From the NCBI GenBank assembly GCA_029717555.1, contig JAMDHS010000011.1, forward strand, positions 186,001-250,000: a stretch of DNA of 64,000 bases. Direction: 5' to 3'. This document shows positions 58,762-64,000 of the stretch, one piece after another (positions within the stretch are counted from its first letter, which is position 1; every line of letters begins with the position of its first letter). The notes under the pieces are model-generated. The model did not search any database. It was not told where the DNA came from and saw nothing but the letters and a program-made list of their open reading frames with translations. The position numbers and the translations under genes were made by a program. This DNA is from Peribolospora baueri (Eukaryota).

Positions 58762-61700
58762 TCAAAAGTCGCGCGACGGAGTAGACACATGTCCGCCCCG
58801 GGTGACGCCGTCGAGAAGGCGGTCGATCTGCCTCTCCACCGCCACATTCCGCTGCACCTCCCACTCCGTCGAGCTCGCCTCGCTTCGCACGCTCACCCGG
58901 TTGGCTCCGTTCTCCCCGTCCGCCCCCGCCCGGTGCCGAGGAAGGAGGTTGAAGTGAGCATGGTCGACGCCCCGACTCAGGTCTTCGATCAGCTCGGCCA
59001 GCCGCTGGTCCGTGGTGTAGATCACCTCGTCAGCTTGCGCCAAAGCCGGCTGCTGTCGGTCGTTACCGTTCACCGACAGTCGATGGCCGGCGGCGGACGA
59101 CGACGACGACGAGGACGAAGGAAAAAAGGCCGGCTGTCGAGGGCTGCTCGCCACGCTGCTCCGATGATGCCCATGATGCGGCTGCCCGCTCAGACGCCGA
59201 CTGCGCGCCGAGTCAGCCACACTAAAATTGCTGCCCTGGCTGCCCTTGCGACTGTGCCTGCCGACAAACGAGAACGAGTCGTCGTCCTCGTAACCATTCC
59301 CACCCGACAGGCCCGCGACCACTTGCCAGACTACGCTCCCGTCCGCGTGCTCGGTGATCTCGATGTGCTGCTGTTGCTGCTGCTGCGCCGCCTTCGAGCC
59401 CTCCAAGCTCCAGCTCGCTGTCAGTCCCCGGCCGCCAGCGCTCACAGCGCCCAATCTCCTTGCGTCGAAACTGCCGCGCGAGTCAAAGCTCGTCCTCGGT
59501 AGCGGCGGCGGCAGCTCCTCGTCGTCGTCGTCGTCGCCGAGGTACATGTCGTACAAGCTGGCGCCGTACATACTCGGCGCCACGCTCGCCCTCGTCCCCG
59601 AAGACGGGAACCCGGGCGTGGACGGAGAGGATGGTGGCTTGCGGTGAGCCGTCGCCACGCTCAGGTGCTTCGGCCGCGACGGCTTAAAGTGCGACGAGGC
59701 GATGGAGAGACGAGCAGGCACTGGCGGTACCGGCTCGTCCGGCGGCACCTCCTTGGACGGATGGCGTCGGTGGCCAGGCGGCGTCGGCGGCCGGTCCTGA
59801 ACAGACCTTCGGCTCGCGACGGAGCCTCTCCGCGAATCTGGGGAGCCTGTCGCCGACGATGCCTTGGGCGTCGTCGGCGTCCGGTCGGCCGTCGACTTGC
59901 TCCGCCGCCGCTCCGACGTCGGTGAGCCGTGCGGAGGGTACAGGGACGTGGGCGAAGAGGGGAGATTCGGCGGAAGATTCGGATGGCCCTGAGCGAGGAT
60001 GATGGTACGACGGACGACGGTGTTCCTCGCCGCCGGATCGGCATTGTCCGCCTTCGAGGCGCGCCTCGGAGACGGAAGCACGATCGCCGGCTCTGCTTCC
60101 GCCGGCTCTGCTTCCGCCGCCTCTTCTTCCCACCGCTGAGCCACTTCTGCCGAAGAGATGAGGTCGGCGGGCATGCGCGACTTTCTTGTCGAAGCGTTTC
60201 GCCATAAGCCCGACGCGGCCTGTCCAAGGGACGACGAGATCGAGCTGGCCCGAGCGCCGTCGACCCGCGGCGTTAATGTCGGAGACGGACCAGGCGTGAC
60301 GTCCGACGGCAAGCGCGCGCCGCCGGGGGTAAGGGCCGTCACTGACGTCGACCGCGGGGGTAATTGTATCGATTCGCCCGCGACGGCAGCCACGTTGGCG
60401 AACCCCTGCCGCATCATCGCGTCCGAGTCGCGACTGTGAGCGGGTGGTGCCGAGGTGGGGAAAGGCTCCACAGCACCCGGACCGGGCGTGTCCAAGTCTT
60501 TCCTGCGACGAAGCTTGGAGACGAACCGACCGAGCGTCGCGGTGGCCGAAACCGGGGGGAGATCCTTTGCGAACGAGTCAGGCCGGACAGGAGACGGAGC
60601 GCGGTGCATGGGAATCCCAGGGCCATCCATGAGCGCGACCGGCGCAGACCTCGGTATCCTTGGATACTGATGCAAGTGAGGCGTCGACTTGGAAGGGCTG
60701 AGCATCTTGTGGTCCGACCCGACGCCAGAGACGTACGGCATGGCCGTGGCCGGCTCGCCGCGTCGGATGGGGTGGTTCGGATGACGAGCGACGACGGCTG
60801 CGGGGTGTTGAATAATGTCGGGGATGTGGTCCAACTTGGCCGACGAGGAGATGAGCTGCGGCGTCGAGATGTCCTTGGTCAGAGCTTTTTGCGATTTGGT
60901 CCGTCTTAATATGGACTTTCGACGCGGCCGCCTGGGCGGATCGAGCGGCAAGCCCCCGGGTGCCTTGAGCGCGGCGGTGGCCGCTGCCGCTTGAGCCTCA
61001 ATGTCTCGGAAGAGGGCAGGACTGTCGGAGGGCGTCTGCGTGCCCGCTTCGTCGCTGGTCGCGAACGTGCTCCGACCGGGGGACAAGCCGGGGGAGACGC
61101 CGGGAGATACACCTTGATGGGCCTCGAGAGAAGGGGAAAGGTCGAGGCCGGGCGGAGGCAAATAGGTCAGCGGGGCGGGGTGATGCCGTTCGCGATGCTG
61201 ATCAAAAGGCAAAGCGGGAGAAGGCGAAGCGCTCCTGCTGTTGTTCGACGCGGGCGGCGCCGGCGCGAAAAAGTCGGGCGGCAGAGGCGAGGGCGAGTGA
61301 AAGCTGGCGACGTTGGGAGAAGACCTGGAGAACGCGCCGGACGTCCCTCCCGGAGCGAGCATGCCGGAAGACGGCAACAGCGAAGGTGAAGGAGAACGAG
61401 CGCGCTCGCCAAAGTCCGCTCGGGACCCGGGCACGATAGGAGGCGGTGACAGCGGCCGGCGACCGGCGGTCGCCAGGCCGAGGGGAGCCGGAGACGCGGC
61501 CCTTTCTCTGAGAGAGTTTTTGCGGGAAGCCGGCACGAACGGCGGGAGGGTGACGGACGGGGCGTTGGGCGACGTTCGCCGCGTCATGTCGTTCCATCCG
61601 TCCACTTGGCCGCCATTGCTCTGCCGCTCGTTCGGCGCGGGTACCGTGCTCGTGTCGGCGGGCGTCTGGAGCGGAGACGCAAAGTCGTCGGCGAGCCTCT

Positions 61701-63865
61701 CCTGTTCTAGTTCCGCGGCACTCGTGTCAACGGCGTCCTGCTGCTGCTGCTGCTGCTGCTGCTGTTGTTGTTGTTGAGGTCGCGCTTCGGACGCCCGATC
61801 CGCCAAGGCCCTCGCCTTCTCCCTCGCCCTCTCCAACCGGTTCCCCACCGTCTGCCCGTGGACGCTACTGTCAGCCGAGCGGAGGCTGACGTTGCTAGGA
61901 CTATTGGAGAGCGTCGGCCCGTCGGCAAAGGCCCTCCTCTGACTGGCGGACCGAACGAGCTTTTGTTGGATGGCGGCGAGATCGGTGATGGTAATACCAG
62001 CCTGTTCGAGCGAATTGGCGGCAATCTCGGGCGGGACGACGCTGACGCGGTGCGGATCCGGTTTGCCAACGATCTCGAGATGGTCGCCCTGGTGGTACGA
62101 CAGGGCGTTGCCCACGACGCTCCCATCTCCGACCGATTGATGCCCGCCGCCTCCGCCTCCGCCGCCTGCCTCGACGCTCGCGACGGCGTGGCTTCGACTG
62201 ACCCTCTCCCAGACGTCTTCGCCGCTATCGTAGCCGCCTTGGCCGTCGTCCGAATCGCCCGTGACGCTCATACTCTTCACGCTCTCCGCGTCGGCGTTAG
62301 CGCGGCCGATGGGGAAAAGCCGAGGGGGAGGAGGAGACGCTTCCGTCGTCATCGTCGTCGTCGTGAAAGCCTGTCCATGGTCCTTGAACGTGTAGCCATG
62401 CTCGGCAGAGGCGCCGCTCTGCCGCGCGGGCGAGCTGTCGTGCAAGCTCGTGCCGGGACTGCCGTCGCCGGAGCGTGCGCTCAAGTCTGCTCCTCCGACG
62501 GAAAAGATGCCTTGCGAGCTTGCGCGCGACGCGGTGAGGGACTGCGTGGTCGTCGACGAGGTGTTGCGCGGCTGAGCGCCAGGGTCGACGAAATCTGCGA
62601 GCACATCGAAGCCGGTCGGGGCGGAGGGGGGAGAAGAAGGTGTGGCGGCCAAGTACTCCATCGACTCGCCGCGCCGCAGCTGCGGTTGTGATGCAGCGGT
62701 CGACGTGGACGACTCGGGACGACGGTCGATGGCGACAGTGGAAGAATCGCGGCTGGAGGGACGGAATCCGTAAGCGTGCGAGTCCCTGCTGGGGCTTCTG
62801 GAATGGGGAAAGTACCGGTGCTGACTCCTTGCAGAGATGCTGGCGGCCGAAATGATGGAACTCTCCCGCGATGAACGACGGGTCCGGTTCTGCTCCGGAC
62901 GACCGCCGCCGGGAACAAGGGTACGGGCGGGGACGGGGACGGGGATGGGGGCGGGGACGCCGGAGGCAGACGCGAGCGAGCTCGTCCGCGAATGAGCGCC
63001 TCCCTTTTGAGAAACCGAAGCCGCGGAGCTGGAGCGGGAACGCGAGAGGCCGAGCCGGTGACCCGAAGACGAAGAAGCGACCGAGTTCATCCTGGAAAGA
63101 GAGCCAGCGTGTTGTTCACCCACGGAAACAGCACCAGACCCCGAGCTGGCGCTCGGTCGCCGGGACCCGCCGTGATGGGACAACCCGGCGGCTTGAACGA
63201 CGGACCCGGCACTAGGGCTGTGGGCGAGCTTCATCCTGCCGTTCGCATGATCGACCTGTGCGACGGGTTGTTTGAAACCGGTGCCACCCCCAGGGCTCGA
63301 CACTGCGACGCCGGGAGAGAGTGGCGATTGGGATTGGCCGCTCGCCAATGGCGACTGCGTTAGCGGCAGGCCTTGGGTGGTGATGAACGGGATGCCCTTG
63401 GATGCGCCACCGCCGACGCGTCGAGCGCCATCGCCGCCGCCGCCACCACCACCACCAGAGCCGCCTGAGACGACAGACAAGAGAGCGGAGGAGGAGGCGG
63501 AGGAAGACCGTCGCCTCGGGAACACTCCTGGAATGCCAGTTTCTTGAGTCGAGGCCGATACGGGTTCGGCGGCAATGACGGACGGGACCGACGAAGCGGG
63601 CTTGGGATTTGCCGGCGGTTCGGCGCGATGGGGCATGGGAGGCACGCTGGGAAAGCTGAATTGGTGTACGCCGCCGCCGAGGCTGCCCAAGCTGCCGACG
63701 GTGGAGATGGGGCTGCCCGGGTCGTGGCTGTCGAGGGTGCTGTGGTCGTCTTCGAGCCGCGCCAGGTTCATGGTCGCTGCAAAGGCCGCGTCGGGCCGAG
63801 CCTTGGTGACGTTCGAGTGCTGTTGAGACGTCTCGTAGCGCAAAGACTCGTGGTTGGCAGCCGCG

Positions 63866-63897
<32 letters not shown>

Positions 63898-64000
63898 ATC
63901 CGGTGCGAACGACATGAGCTCGTGCACGGGGGGGGAGGACGCGGCCGAGTCGATCATCTTTACGCCCACTTCGGCTTCCCCCTCCCCTTCCCCTTCCCCT
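58762..64000 (-). CDS. Large Ser/Pro-rich low-complexity hypothetical protein (5' end probably outside window)
   Basis: Uninterrupted frame of more than 1735 codons, open to the window edge, with polyQ/polyG tracts. No domain recognised. Confidence 0.7.

Noticed and set aside
1..64000. CRISPR arrays, rRNA/tRNA genes, prokaryotic operons or a secondary-metabolite cluster
   Set aside because: The DNA is eukaryotic and spliced. No repeat-spacer array, RNA gene or PKS/NRPS/terpene synthase was recognised, and the genes are functionally unrelated.

Overview
GC-rich, intron-containing eukaryotic DNA from a basidiomycete fungus. Gene content, GT(G/A)AGT donors, CTRAC branch sites and abundant microsatellites suggest a smut-related (Ustilaginomycotina-like) lineage, but this is an inference. 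Recognisable genes, in order: acyl-CoA oxidase (5' part), RBA50/RPAP1, a small putative GPI-anchored protein, a PDR-type ABC transporter, ERV46, COA5/PET191, verprolin/WIP, an unknown membrane protein, an intron-rich glutamate decarboxylase, a CreA/Mig1-type zinc-finger repressor, an ING-family PHD protein, a DH-domain RhoGEF, a Kelch-BTB (Ral2/Mds3-like) protein, and a large disordered protein open at the window edge. The most unusual element is a ~1.95 kb RT-less, LINE-ORF1(gag)-like retroelement at ~10116-12071, with a candidate 11-bp TSD and an (AATC)-like tail. It carries four short antisense fragments of its own ORF, each placed close to its sense counterpart so that hairpins can form. 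The fragments differ from the resident ORF mostly at synonymous positions, which implies capture from a sister element. It is a candidate mobile hairpin/siRNA-source or structured non-autonomous parasite. All exon boundaries were read by eye and are approximate.
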